A stretch of DNA of 64,000 bases, taken from assembly GCA_964016885.1 (NCBI GenBank), contig OZ024742.1, positions 132,804,001 through 132,868,000 of the forward strand, written 5' to 3'. The position numbers and the translations under genes were made by a program. Below are positions 12,513 through 25,244 of this stretch, in pieces (position 1 is the stretch's first letter; every line of letters starts with the position of its first letter). Source of the DNA: Eledone cirrhosa. Taxonomy: Eukaryota. The notes beneath the pieces were generated by a model. It had not been told where the DNA came from. It ran no database searches and saw only the letters and a program-made list of their open reading frames with translations.

Positions 12513-12702
12513 ATTGATTCTACTTTTGGCACAAGGCCAGCAATTTTTCCAGTGTATTACTGGTACATTATTTTATCGACCCCGTAAGGATGAAAGGCAA
12601 AGTTAACCTCGGCAGGATTTGAACTCAGAATGGCAAGGGCCTAACTCTATGCTGCAAAGCATAGCGTCCGGCTCTCTACCGCTACTGCCAATCCACCGCC
12701 CT
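12513..12702 (-). mobile_element. tRNA-derived SINE
   Basis: Reverse complement of the 45323-45506 family. Confidence 0.85.
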
Positions 12703-12714
12703 TTTAATAAATAA

Positions 12715-12817
12715 GTGTTTCTACTTTTGGCACAAGGCCAGCAACTACAGTGCATTACTGGTACTTTATTTTATCGACCCCGTAAGGATGAAAGGCAAAG
12801 TTAACCTCGGCGGGAAT
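12715..12817 (-). mobile_element. tRNA-derived SINE, partial
   Basis: 3' half of the same family. Confidence 0.8.
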
Positions 12818-13920
12818 GAATGAATATTACATAATGTATGTACTAAATTTCGTAAACAAAAATAATTTCGTAAAAATAAATAATTTAAAATTGACTTCTT
12901 TTCAAAGTTGCACTTCCGGTATATCGTTGCCACCACTACCACCACTTCAACTACCATATATATAGAAAGAGAGAGTGTGATGTCAACACTTCCGGTGGCG
13001 ATCCCTTAAATAAACATACTAATTTTCTGTCACTAATTTTCTCCTAATGCAGTTTATATATAATATCGTATTTTTTTAATGTATCATGGATTACGTTACT
13101 GATTACATAAGACAGTGTAACAAAGTATTCCTTCAATTTCTGTTTATATTGTCAATTACGATTTTATTTGATGTATCATATCTACTTGTATATTACTTGC
13201 GTATAATATCAATATACACACTACACATGCTAGCAGAAAACCACCCGATGTGGTGGTTTTTCTGCTAGTATATATAAAATTATAAGTTTAAAGACCTGTC
13301 CGACAAAATATATCGAATTTTTCTTCTCCTTAGTCCGTAGAAGTCAATTAGATAAATAATCATTTAAACGGAGCTAAGTTTAAAATGTAACTTTGAAGAA
13401 ATAACAGTTAAATGTCACATACTATCCTCTGTGTAAAACAGTCAGATATAATTTACCTAGTCTTTCCTCTTAGGTCGTAAAAATTAACTAGACAAATAAT
13501 CAATAAAACGGAGCCAAGTTTAAAATGCAAGTTTGAAGAATCTTCTATTCTCGATTATCGATAGTTTCGCTCGTATTTTGTGGATATGTCCAACCCTGGT
13601 ATTATCTACGAGGCTTCGAGCATCAAAGAGACTCCATTAGAACTAACATTTAAAAAGTGATCGCCGACAGAAATGAATTCAAAAAGGGTGATAATCATCA
13701 CGTGTCTAGCGGTCAAAGTAGAAGGGTGTGAAAGTTAGGCCGGATGGCAGGTAGGTTCACTGCTAGAAGGAGCAGTTAGTTACCGGCTAAGGTTTTCTCA
13801 ACTGAAAGGGAGTAGAGAATAAATTCATAAGGATATATATGTATATATTTAGACATAGTCACAGATACATATATGAGTGTGTCTACCTTCCAAGTTGTGG
13901 CTCTATGAAAAAGTTAATCA

Positions 13921-13963
<43 letters not shown>

Positions 13964-14216
13964 GGTATGCCCTCACACTGTGGGAAGTCACGTAACAATG
14001 ATGGATCATCCTCATCTGCCTCAGAATCAACATCAATCACAACAATGTTACTCAATAGCTCTTGTTGTTGTTGTCGATGTCGATGGTGATAATGAGGAAA
14101 GAGCTGGAACTAGGGTTGATGATGATGATGTTAATGAAGTCGACACAACTGATTAGATCCTTTTCATATAAATCTTTAACCAGTTTATATAAGCTTCAAA
14201 TCAATGTATATATATG

Positions 14217-14266
<50 letters not shown>

Positions 14267-14303
14267 TACATATATACTTGTGTATATATATACGTGTATA
14301 TAT

Positions 14304-14338
<35 letters not shown>

Positions 14339-14340
14339 CT

Positions 14341-14381
<41 letters not shown>

Positions 14382-14415
14382 GTGTGTATATATATATATA
14401 TGTAGTTGATACATC

Positions 14416-14455
14416 CCAAGCTGAAGATCCGCGAAGGTGAAACAATTGTTCTCGG
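14416..14455 (+). ncRNA. Minimal type I hammerhead in a solo copy (14405-14553) of the 11.7-kb family
   Basis: CCAAG-CTGAAGA-tCCgcgaaGGt-GAAA-CAATTG-TT-CTCGG; palindromic ACAATTGT, short stem II. Confidence 0.7.
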
Positions 14456-14549
14456 TATGGTGAACTACCTCTTGTGTAACCACTTCTATCTAAGTCGTCG
14501 CTTGGATTGAGTGCTCTACCACTACGGATATTACCTTTCAGTGTTCCAC

Positions 14550-14606
<57 letters not shown>

Positions 14607-14609
14607 GAG

Positions 14610-15192
14610 GTATATGATCTTTAAAGAAATACCAATGAAGTCTGGAAGATCACTGATGAAGGACTAATTTTATTCATACGTAACACATTTGAAACAACGC
14701 AGCACGCCATTTTTTCATATATTTATATATTTGCCTCCGCTGTGACCCGTCTGTTTCTTTCTTACTGCTTCCCCTTTCTCTATATCTCTCACATTATTTT
14801 TAACCCCTCTGCCAGTCACTCTCTCAGTTAGCCTCTTCTTCACACTTTCACTCACTCACTCTCTGCTACTCCCTCTCCATCACTTCCTCCCGTTTGACCT
14901 GTGTGAAACCCTTTTCTCGCTCACATTTCACCCAGGCTGGATGGTCTTTATCTCTCGTCTACGATTTAACAGAACTTATGTTCATCCTCGATTTCACAGA
15001 ACTTATGCTCGTCCTCACTTTTTGTTGCATTACCATCTTTGTTTGTTTAAATATCTCACTCGTTTCACCCTATTTTACGTGTCCCAACGACTTTCTTTAG
15101 CCGTTGCTCACACCAACCAGATGTATATGATCTTTAAAGCGATAAAATAGCAATGAGGGCTGGAAGATCACTGATGAAGGACTAATTTTATT
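14610..15192 (+). mobile_element. Non-coding element with ~65-bp terminal direct repeats, between (TA)n tracts
   Basis: GTATATGATCTTTAAAG..CAATGA.G.CTGGAAGATCACTGATGAAGGACTAATTTTATT at 14610-14674 and 15123-15192. Confidence 0.65.
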
Positions 15193-15193
15193 T

Positions 15194-15228
<35 letters not shown>

Positions 15229-15248
15229 CATGTTCATATATATATAAG

Positions 15249-15308
<60 letters not shown>

Positions 15309-15317
15309 TATACATAA

Positions 15318-15409
<92 letters not shown>

Positions 15410-15521
15410 CATATATATATGTATATATAACCAAAAGGTAAACAAGGTTCATTGATTAATCAATGAATATAGTTTTACAATAGATTAGAAGCACACAACC
15501 GTGGAATTTTCTGGAGTTATT

Positions 15522-15868
15522 AATATTAATACAAAATATTAATAAATATAGACATTCATGTAATCAAATATATTTTATTATATATATTTCGTATGTACTG
15601 TGCTGTTTCCTCAGTACATCCTCATCAGATAAACTATATAAATTGATGTATAACATACCTCACCTGTGCTGATGCTTCAATTCCAGTCTTGGCAGATTGC
15701 TAGGACTGGAATTGAACCATCAGCACAATTGAGGTATGTCATACATCAATTTATATATTTTATCTGATGAGGACGTACTGAGGAAACAGCACACTACCTC
15801 AGAAATATATATAATAAAATATATTTGATGACATGAATGTCTATATTTATTAATAATTTTAATTAATA
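15522..15868. mobile_element. Fold-back element with two divergent HHRs
   Basis: ~170-bp inverted arms centred near 15696; HHRs at 15568-15639 (-) and 15753-15824 (+) with CTGATGA, GAAA-TATATA-TA and a long AT-rich stem I. Confidence 0.85.
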
Positions 15869-15872
15869 TGTA

Positions 15873-15922
<50 letters not shown>

Positions 15923-15973
15923 CATATATATAAATAAATATGTATATGTATATATATATATATATATAAATAA

Positions 15974-16028
<55 letters not shown>

Positions 16029-16091
16029 CATATATATATATATATAAATATATATATATGTTTATATACATATAAATATATATATATGTTC

Positions 16092-16128
<37 letters not shown>

Positions 16129-16240
16129 TATATAAATATATATATATGTTCCTATATATATATATAAATATATATATATGTTCATATATATATATATAAA
16201 TATATATATATGTTCATATATATATAAATATATATATATG

Positions 16241-16365
<125 letters not shown>

Positions 16366-16741
16366 GTTCATATATATATATGTATCTATATATATATATC
16401 ATCCACAATATTGCCGTAATCATCGGCAAATTCGTCTCGGTTGTTGCCGTATTTATAATCACCATCAAGCTTTTGCTTCGTAGGTTTTCTGTGAATGACT
16501 ACTCCTTGTGCAATAATACACTTGAGAAAGGCATGAGCCGAAAAGCCTCCCCGCTGGGATCTCTCTTCATATCTCCGGGGCTTTCTGCCTTGTGAAGCAC
16601 ACGTTACTGACACCTCCATTAATTTGATGCCATAGCACCTCAATGATCTGTTTGAAATGAGACAGCTTGCATTCATCATCATACTTAAACTCAAGCCCAA
16701 ACCCTTCTTTATCAGTTTAATGAACGTGGTAATGACACGTG

Positions 16742-16844
<103 letters not shown>

Positions 16845-16911
16845 ATGTTTGTGTGTGTCTGTGTGTAAAGAATACGGTGGAGAATGTGTGTGTGTTTATA
16901 TATATATCTCG

Positions 16912-16942
<31 letters not shown>

Positions 16943-17605
16943 TTATATATATATATGCATTTAGACCCACGTATACACACTTATACACAATCACAGGAAG
17001 AGAAAAAGACAGAGAGTAAGAAGGATAGAGTATGTTTATGTGAGAGAAAGACACTAGAATGCAAAGTAGCATACATAGAGAAATGTCAAGAATTATTAAT
17101 CACCTCAAATAAACTCTGCCATTTCATCGAAAAGGCCACTATACAATCTTGCAAACTTATACAACTAATATGTTAATACACCACCACCCTTGATTAACTT
17201 CTTTATCAACGTATTTATAATCATGCGATTTAGTTTACTTGAATTATGGCCATTTGGTCATAATAGGTTTTATACAGTTGTACTTTTTGAAATATGACTT
17301 AGTCTGTATAATTACGTTCATACGGAAAAACACATATTATACACGTACAAGCGCACTATATCACTCACAGAAACATCTACCTATCTATCTATCTATCTCC
17401 GGATGGTATAGACGTTCTTCACATCGGCTCCTCGATTATTGGATATATTACGTGTTAACAGTAAATGTTTGTCTGTATTCTTGCGTTATTGTGTTAATTA
17501 ACCCCCTTGCCTGGGTCTTCGGACATTAGGGTTAATTTATTTCACCCCTTTTGGGGTGAAATTTTTCATCTTAAAAATCTTGTGATTGTCTCTACGCTAG
17601 TGGTA

Positions 17606-18640
17606 ATGGAAGCCATTACCACAGGTAACGATGACACTCCCACTCAACAAACTGAAGGAGAGCGGGTAGCGGAGGCAACAATCCTCCCTATTGAAAAAAT
17701 AATGATTATTAGAAACATTGAAAAAATGGAGCCTAACACTAATGAAAAAAATGTGAAAAGGATTGTCTCAGAGAAATTGCCAAAATTAATGGATGCCGTT
17801 TCGACTTTTCACGGTGCCACGCCCACCAGCAAAGGTGATAGAGAGGTGGCAGCTGTGACTACAAGTCTCTCGTATACTGAAAATATAAGTGAACATTTTG
17901 AAAAAATGGAGTCTAACCCCAACAGGGAAAAAAATGTGAACGCATACACCAACATAAATAACACAAACACAACAAAAAAATGAAAATTGTAACAACAAAA
18001 AACAAGAAAACCACATTTCGACAAATGTAAACAAAGAGGGGCGAACAAAATGACGTTCGCTCATACTACCAAACAAAACATTGTGTATGAACCTATTGAC
18101 ATTTCGAACATGGCCCAGCAAATGGAAAATGCACGGAAGTATATAACTTTGGAGGAGAATGGTCTATTTTCTTTAAATTCTCTTCGGTAGGTAAGTTTTC
18201 CAGCAACGTGTTTGGTGGAACTAGCCTGTAAGTTCTGATGCAAATGCAGCCAGAATGAATTGCTAGGATCCCCGACCGCATATTGCTGGATGGGCTTGCC
18301 TACTTACACATCACAGTGGAGGTTAGACGACCGGCTTGTTACCTCTGTGGTGACAGAGGTCACCTGAGGGCTGCCTGTTCCCAAGCAAACAAAAAAAAAC
18401 ACGATTTTGCCTCCACCAACAACTACAACACTACCAACACAACCTCCACCACCACCACCACCACCACCACCACCACAAAAACAATTAACACCACAAGTTA
18501 AAACACAACTGAAAACAATCCCACCCATCTCCCCCACACAGAAAACAAATACAATAACACCCACACCACAAACACGAGCCGAAAATGTACCCCTCCCCTC
18601 GATCACGGAAGAAGACCCCTTTACGTCGTCAGACGAGTGA
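17606..18640 (+). pseudogene. LINE ORF1 with CCHC zinc knuckle, disrupted
   Basis: CYLCGDRGHLRAAC (CX2CX4HX4C) followed by a Pro/Thr-rich tail; stops and frameshifts. Confidence 0.8.
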
Positions 18641-19133
18641 GGGGGGGGGGGGACACTTTCATAAAGTTAAAAGAAAAAAAAGAAAACATACCCCAGGAAA
18701 ACAAATACAAACAAACCCTCCCCAATACATAACACAGACATCAACAGAAAAAAACACACAACAGCAAACAAAAAAACATCACACAAAAACAAAAATATGC
18801 ATACACTTACATAAAAACAATAAACAAAAAACTGCTAAACGTTATTTATAATAACAACTTAATAAAAACCGAAGGTTCTAATTTCGCACAAGCAACGGGG
18901 CTACCGCATTTAAAAATGAAAAAAAACCTCAATGGACATTTACAAAACGTTAAGAGACACTTTTAAAGAGGACGTGTAGACCTCTGCGGCAAACCCATTA
19001 ACCGTGTCCTCCTAAATACCCCCCCCCTCCCCCGACACCCACGCAACTCCAAACGCCCCAACCCCACCACACACTGATGCCTCTACACTTCAACAAACCA
19101 CCATGGTAAGTGCTTTATCTCTTTACCACCAAC

Positions 19134-22100
19134 ATGGCTGTGTTGAGAGTAGGTTGTCTAAATGCGCGTGGCCTGGGCTCACCTTGGAAGCAAGCAATGT
19201 TTCTAAATGACCGCAGGTCACGATGTATAAATGTGATGGTTGTTTGCGAGGGCCGGATCAGCAGCGTGCGACAGCTGGTCCCCACCTTTGATGACTTTGA
19301 GATGCACCCATCTCTGTCAGCCCGGAGGTGGGGGTGGGATTGTCGTTCTCCTGCAAAAACATTTGTGTCTCGCTACACAGACGGTACACTTGGACCAGGA
19401 GGGTCGACTAGTGATTCTGGACCTTGGCAGTGTTGAAGGGGGAGCTTTTATTTTAGGCTGATCGCCGTCTAAGGCCCTTTTGGGTCAATGCGCCCGGACA
19501 TCTTCCATCGTCTGGAGACTTATCTAGGGATGTCCTGCTCCTTGCTTTTAGTGGGGGACTGGAATGGTATCCTAGATGCACATTGTGACTATGTAGGGGA
19601 ATGTCCTTATAGAGGGGGTTGTAACAACCTCAAGGGGTTAATCGACTAGATTTTCCATCTGTGCCAACCTGCACTTGGACAAACCATAGCGGTCAATTTA
19701 TATCGTACCTAGATAGATCCTTTTTTAGAATTAAGGATAGGGACTTTTTAAGTTGTCCAGAAATGCTCATGGTTGGCTATTCAGACCACAATTTAGTGAC
19801 CTCCATGGTCAACCTTGATATAACGCATAGGCAGGGACCCGGTTACTGGAATCTCAACTTGTCCTTACCGGCAAGTAAAGCTTACAGGGACCGGATTTGT
19901 ACTTTAATTAAGGAGCGTTTGACGAGCGCCATCGTCAACGAGCAGGTGGTGGGGATCTCTCAAAAGAGAGATTAAAGTAGCTTCAATAGGAGATAGTAAG
20001 GAGTCAGCCTTATATAGAAATAGAAAGGAAAGAGAGTTGATAGATAGTGTAGAAGAGGCAATTAGAAACGGCGACGTAGCCAGAGTGCTAGCGTCGAGAA
20101 TGGCCTTGGGCCGACGCGAAACACGAAGGGTGCGTTGTCCGAAGCAAAATACGTGCTCTGGGAAACGAGGGTACCAAGGTTGTTAGCTGGGCCCGCGTGA
20201 CAGAAGCCAAAAGTGGGATTAGATCCACTATCCGGTCTTTGCGAGACCAAGATGGACGGGTGATCCTTGAACCTAAGCAGATGTGCGAGGCCTTTCAAAG
20301 GCACTTTGCCCGATTGTTCGGAAGAGGCGAGGGGCCGGATGGGGATGTGGACTTCGGTCCATACCTCGACGGCCTGCCGCGTCTTTCGGACGAGGAGACG
20401 AAGTCCTGCGAGAGGCCGATGTCAGCTGCTGAAATATGGGACGTGCTGAGCCAATGCGGCAGACGCAAATCTCCGGGCCTCGATTGTCTTCCATACGAAC
20501 TGTATTTAAGTATGCCGCACTTGTTCTTCGATCTCCACGAGGTGGTCTACTAAAACTGGCAACAGAACGAGTGAATTCCCTGTTCTGTCACCAAGGGCGT
20601 AGTCTCGCTAGTGAGGAAGGACGAGAACAAGGGGGATGAAATAAGTAATTTCAGGCCCATAATTCTGCTAAATGCAGAGTTAAAGAATTTGGCCAAGGTG
20701 TTAGTAAATAGGTTGGCGCTTGTCGTGAGCAACCTGTGGGAAATGCGCAGACACGCGCCATCCCGTCCAGGTCCATTCACGACAACCTCCACCTCATGCG
20801 ATACATCATAGAGAAGCTTGGAAATGAACACGGTTTGGTGGGGTGAGCAACTTGGATCAATCTAGGCGTTCGATAGGGTCGACCATCGTTACCTGGATGC
20901 GGCGCTAGTGGCCGCATGTTTCGGACCCGTTTTCAGGGGCTGGATCACTGCCATGCACAGCAGCTACATCTGCTCTAGAGTCAAGGGAACGGCTACATCC
21001 CGGAGCCGTTCGAAATCACGAGGTCCATCCGACAGGGATGCCCTTTCTCCTCCATTCTGTATGTATTGGCCCTAGAGCCACTGCTGCAGAAGTTGGAGTT
21101 GTTACAGGGCATCCCTTTGGAACCGGGATTGCGGAAAACGATGTCGGCCTACGCCGATGACGTGTCAACCGCCTCGGAAATCGGGGTGATCGGCACCTTA
21201 CTGGAGGAATACGAAAGGTTTACAGGGGCTAAGCTGAACCGGGACAAGTCAGTCGGTTTGCAACTCGGCGAGTGGAGGGGCAAACCGATGGCCTCCAACG
21301 GCGTCGTCGGACGTTAGACGGAGGGCCCGGTGAAGTTGCTCGGGGTCTGTTTCGGGCCAGACCTCCAGGTCGAGAAGAACTGGGGTGAGGTATCGAACAG
21401 GGTGTTTTCGCTGACGTAGAAGTGGGCTGGTTGCAAACTATCCCTGAAAGGTCGGGCCGAGGTGGCGAACGCTTATATAGCGTCCGTCATCTATTACTGC
21501 CTGACCATCGTGCCTTGCCCAAGGGAAACGCTCACCAAAATGGAGCGCGCGCTCTTCCAATTCCTTTGGAAGAAGCGGGCTTCTTTGGTGAGGAGATCCA
21601 TCTGCTGTCATCACCCTTCGAAAGGAGGGCTGGGGTGCCGTGGCTGCTGATGCGTAAACACGCATTAAGGCTACGGCACCTCTAGGCATTCCTCACCGGT
21701 CAGCAGATGTGGACGCCGTTTGTGAGGCGAGCCTTTCCGACACTCGTCTCGCTCACCGAGCTGCAGTTCTCGGTCAAGAAAAGATCGAGAAAACTGGGCG
21801 CACGGCACACCGAGTGTGCCCAGGCGCTCACGGCTCTCTGGCAGGCGGACCTGTCTATCGGTGGAGTCTCCACCTCGTCATTCTATACAAGGCTGGTGGT
21901 TAGTAGGTGCGAGGACGCCTTCGGAGAAGCCCTAGGCATGGAAGAAGACGAACTGGCCAGCCTATTCGGGAGGACATTTGGCCCGGGATCTATGGACAAC
22001 TTCCAGAGGTCCCTGACCTGTCAGTGCTACCAAGGGGAGCTCCCCGTTCGAGAAAACCTCTACAGACACAGGCGCCCAGGTAGGGACTCCTCGAAAAAGA

Positions 22101-22518
22101 TCTGTCCCAAATGCGATCGCGACGAGAAAACCGTTGCGCACGCATTGGTACACTGCTCGGACGTTGCCGATATGTGGGGCTATGTCGAACGACTGCTGTC
22201 ACGGGTGGGACAAATCCGGTTGAGCACCTAGTCCATTGTAACGATCAAGCCGCCTTCCTCCTTCAAAACTGAAGGAGAAGCGGTTTTCCTCTGTGTAATA
22301 GCCATGGTGAAAGAGGTGGTATGGTGGACACGTTTGAAAGGGCTGAGGTCGGACACCTTTCTCTCCGGCCAACAACTGATCCTTTTCTTTAAATACCATT
22401 TTAAGAGAAGGATCAGAATGGAGAAGAGGTGCTCTACCACAGCAAGTTTTATGAAAGGTGGGTGAAAGTAGCGAGAATGGCCCGTCTGAATGGGCCTACT
22501 CTCTTTATCAGCCTGTAG
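19134..22518 (+). pseudogene. LINE ORF2 (AP endonuclease, reverse transcriptase, C-terminal Cys/His), disrupted
   Basis: Motifs in order: LNARGL, GDWN, SYLDR, SDH, GPGYW, KSPGLD, FRPIILLN, AFDRVDH, IRQGCP, YADD, CPKC..HALVHC. Confidence 0.95.
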
Positions 22519-22871
22519 GTGGAAAGGTGGAAGTTCAAAGGAGCACCCCCTCTCTATACTCCTAAGGAAAAGGGTTGCACACTTTTTCGGGGGGGGGGGG
22601 TAACCCCTAAAACGCCTCCTCCCTCTTGAGGACTGTATTGTTAATTTTATATTTGCTATTTGTTTTTTACTCCTTCCTTTATGTAAAGAGACCCCCCTTT
22701 TATTTGTCCTCTTCTGTTGTGCCCTCGTGGCGAATAAATAGAAACTTATCTATCTATCTATCTATCTATATCTATATATATATATACGAAAATCTTTAAC
22801 CCCGACGGCAGAGTTCAAGCCGTTTCGACGGCTATTTCTGGTCCAGAATATATATATATATATATATATGT

Positions 22872-23248
22872 GTCTAATGGTAGCTAAGATGCTTCCATGG
22901 GCGGTATGGCGGTTGAGCACTGTATGCTCCTACGGAACAGAGTATTATTGAATGGAAAACGAAAATCAGTGATGCATCGAACTCAATTTATTGTGTGTTA
23001 CAATTGTTTCTCCGGTGAACAGCCCGAGTTGCGATCTGTGTGTGGATCGACCTGACTCTAAACCCGCAGTTTCCTCGGACACATCTATTAAAAGAAGACA
23101 TGCTCCGAAATCAATACAGAAGTCCGAGGAACCTGCGGGTTTACACTCAGGTCGATCCACACACAGATCGCACCTCGAGCAGTTCACCGGGGAAACAATT
23201 ATAACACAATAAATTGAGTTCCGATACATCACTGATTTTTCGTTTTCC

Positions 23249-23250
<2 letters not shown>
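22872..23250. mobile_element. Fold-back element with two divergent HHR-like motifs, extended stem II
   Basis: ~130-bp inverted arms 22951-23250; minus motif 22994-23083 TGTGT-CCGAGGA..GAAA-CAATTG-TA-ACACA; homologue at 59585-60175. Confidence 0.8.
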
Positions 23251-23327
<77 letters not shown>

Positions 23328-25244
23328 GCCTATTGCTCTGTATGCGTATGTGTATATAATATAAAATAAACTGGAGCGAAGAGTGCGTAAAACAATGTCA
23401 TAAAGTTGTAGGAATCTCAAAGGTGGAAATTGCTGTGGAATAGCCACCTGCTATGATGAATAGCAAAGAGTCAGGTTCAAATATAACATTTTATGAACGG
23501 AAGAATGATCAGAAGTGGCGAGGGAGAAACACAGAATAAAAGGAATAGAGCGTTCAGCATATGATGAGTGATTGGAGAGAAATAAAAAGAGAAAAGAAAA
23601 GAGTGAATGTTGGTGATGAAAATTTGACCTGGAGAATTAAGAATGATAAAACAGTTAAGAAATATTGAGAAACGTAAAATAGTTAATGAAATACAGCGCC
23701 GTAAACATCTTTTCAAGTTCCTTCTAGCTAAGTGATATTTTGCTAAGTCGCAGCTCAGTAAGGATGTTTATACTGCTCTCTTGTCTTGTTTTGTTTTATA
23801 TATCTACCAGCGACATGCCAACAGAAATTTTGATTCTGATGAGTGGGCATTTACCTATCGACTTATTTTTCGAAAATGGAACGATGTGGGGTGGGGGATG
23901 GTCAATTTGGGGGAGAATTTACTGCTCTTTCTATCATCCATTTACTGTCCGTTCGTTATGCTATCGATATATAGACTGTGAAACACTTCTTCAGGTTTCA
24001 CTCACTCCACTCCCCTCTCTCTTTTACTAACTAAATCGTAATGTGTTTTTTTACATTTGTCTGAGTGTGGCTTATCTTTCTCTCTCTGTTTCTGTATTTC
24101 AGTGTATGCGTGTGTTACAGTATGGCCAACAACGCAACACAGACTGACATGTGATTGTTATTGTTATTATTATTCTGACTCACTCACCAACAACTCCTTT
24201 TCCTAAAAATGGAGGCGAGGAGGGAGGGACACCTTGGAGTTACAGATAAGCAGATCTCTAGGGTTCGCGTTAGAAAATTGTTTCCTATGAATTATTGTGT
24301 GCTTTAAAGTCATGTGACCGCCAGCATGGTCGAAATCACCCGTTTTCCCGAAAACCGAATCGGAGGTGAGGGGGAATCCTATAAATATGTGTGCAAATAC
24401 GACCACGCTGTCATGATTGCGCTACAAAAATCAAGTATGTCCCATGAGGTGTCCAACTTCGAACACAGCTGATAGATCATTAGTAGAGACGGCGGGGAAA
24501 GTGGTTGAACTTAAGATTTTCTCAGCCTCGGAGATTATTTCTATGAAATTTATCTTTTCTCGGATTTGTTATTTGTTTTCAACCGATTTGATGTCCGAAT
24601 CACTCGTCAACGACTCCTTTATATCTAATCGGTGGCGGGAAATGAGGGGGGGGGGGGGGGCTGGAGGTACACTTAAGCAGCTCTCATCCGTTGAAATTTA
24701 TAGAAAAGTCCCCGCTCATGATTGCAAATAAAATGTTTTTCCTGTGATTTTTCCTGTGTTTTCAACTAATTAGGCCTCCGACATGCTTGAAATCGCCTTC
24801 TTTTTCGTAAACTGAATGGGGCGGCAGCTGAGTATATGTACGATGTTTATTGCTTCGAACTCTGATCTGTCTGCTGATCTATCTGTTCTGTTTGATTTAT
24901 CACAAACACGTCATACCAACAGAAAGCTAAATTAAATTGTTCGAAACGTGAGAGTTGTTCAAGTGGAGGATGTGTGTGTGTGAACTTGTCTTGTATATCA
25001 GCTTTCATTAATTCCTTCTTCCAAACACTTCTATGCGCTTTTCCTTGATCTGATCCTCTCTCAATCATTTCTTTTCGTGCCTGCATCTTATCTAGTGGAT
25101 TGACTATCGCCTGACCGCCGGGCGCTGGTCTTTGGCCTGAGGTACACTTGGCCATCGCTGTCTTTGTCAACCTTTTGGCTGTTTTAACAGATGCTCTCTA
25201 GCATTGAGTTTCTCATGTTTCTGAGAATAAATAGATATATATAT

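Larger units (their letters stand above)
12295..13268 (+). mobile_element. Non-autonomous Helitron interrupted by three SINE pieces
   Basis: 3' hairpin CTAGCAGAAAACCACC..GTGGTTTTCTGCTAG followed by T; colinear with the uninterrupted copy at 42310-42796. Confidence 0.8.
17400..22745 (+). mobile_element. Near full-length decayed L1/Tx1-type LINE
   Basis: ORF1 zinc knuckle, ORF2 APE-RT-CCHC, 3' UTR ending in AATAAA at ~22733; the 5' boundary is uncertain. Confidence 0.93.

Noticed and set aside
13960-14160. Minus-strand acidic peptide (VVIDVDSEADEDD)
   Set aside because: Low complexity, upstream stop and no splice support.
16400-16740. ~110-codon open minus frame between TA tracts
   Set aside because: No recognisable domain or splice signals.
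24847-25230. 107-aa minus ORF
   Set aside because: Non-ATG start and no recognisable homology.
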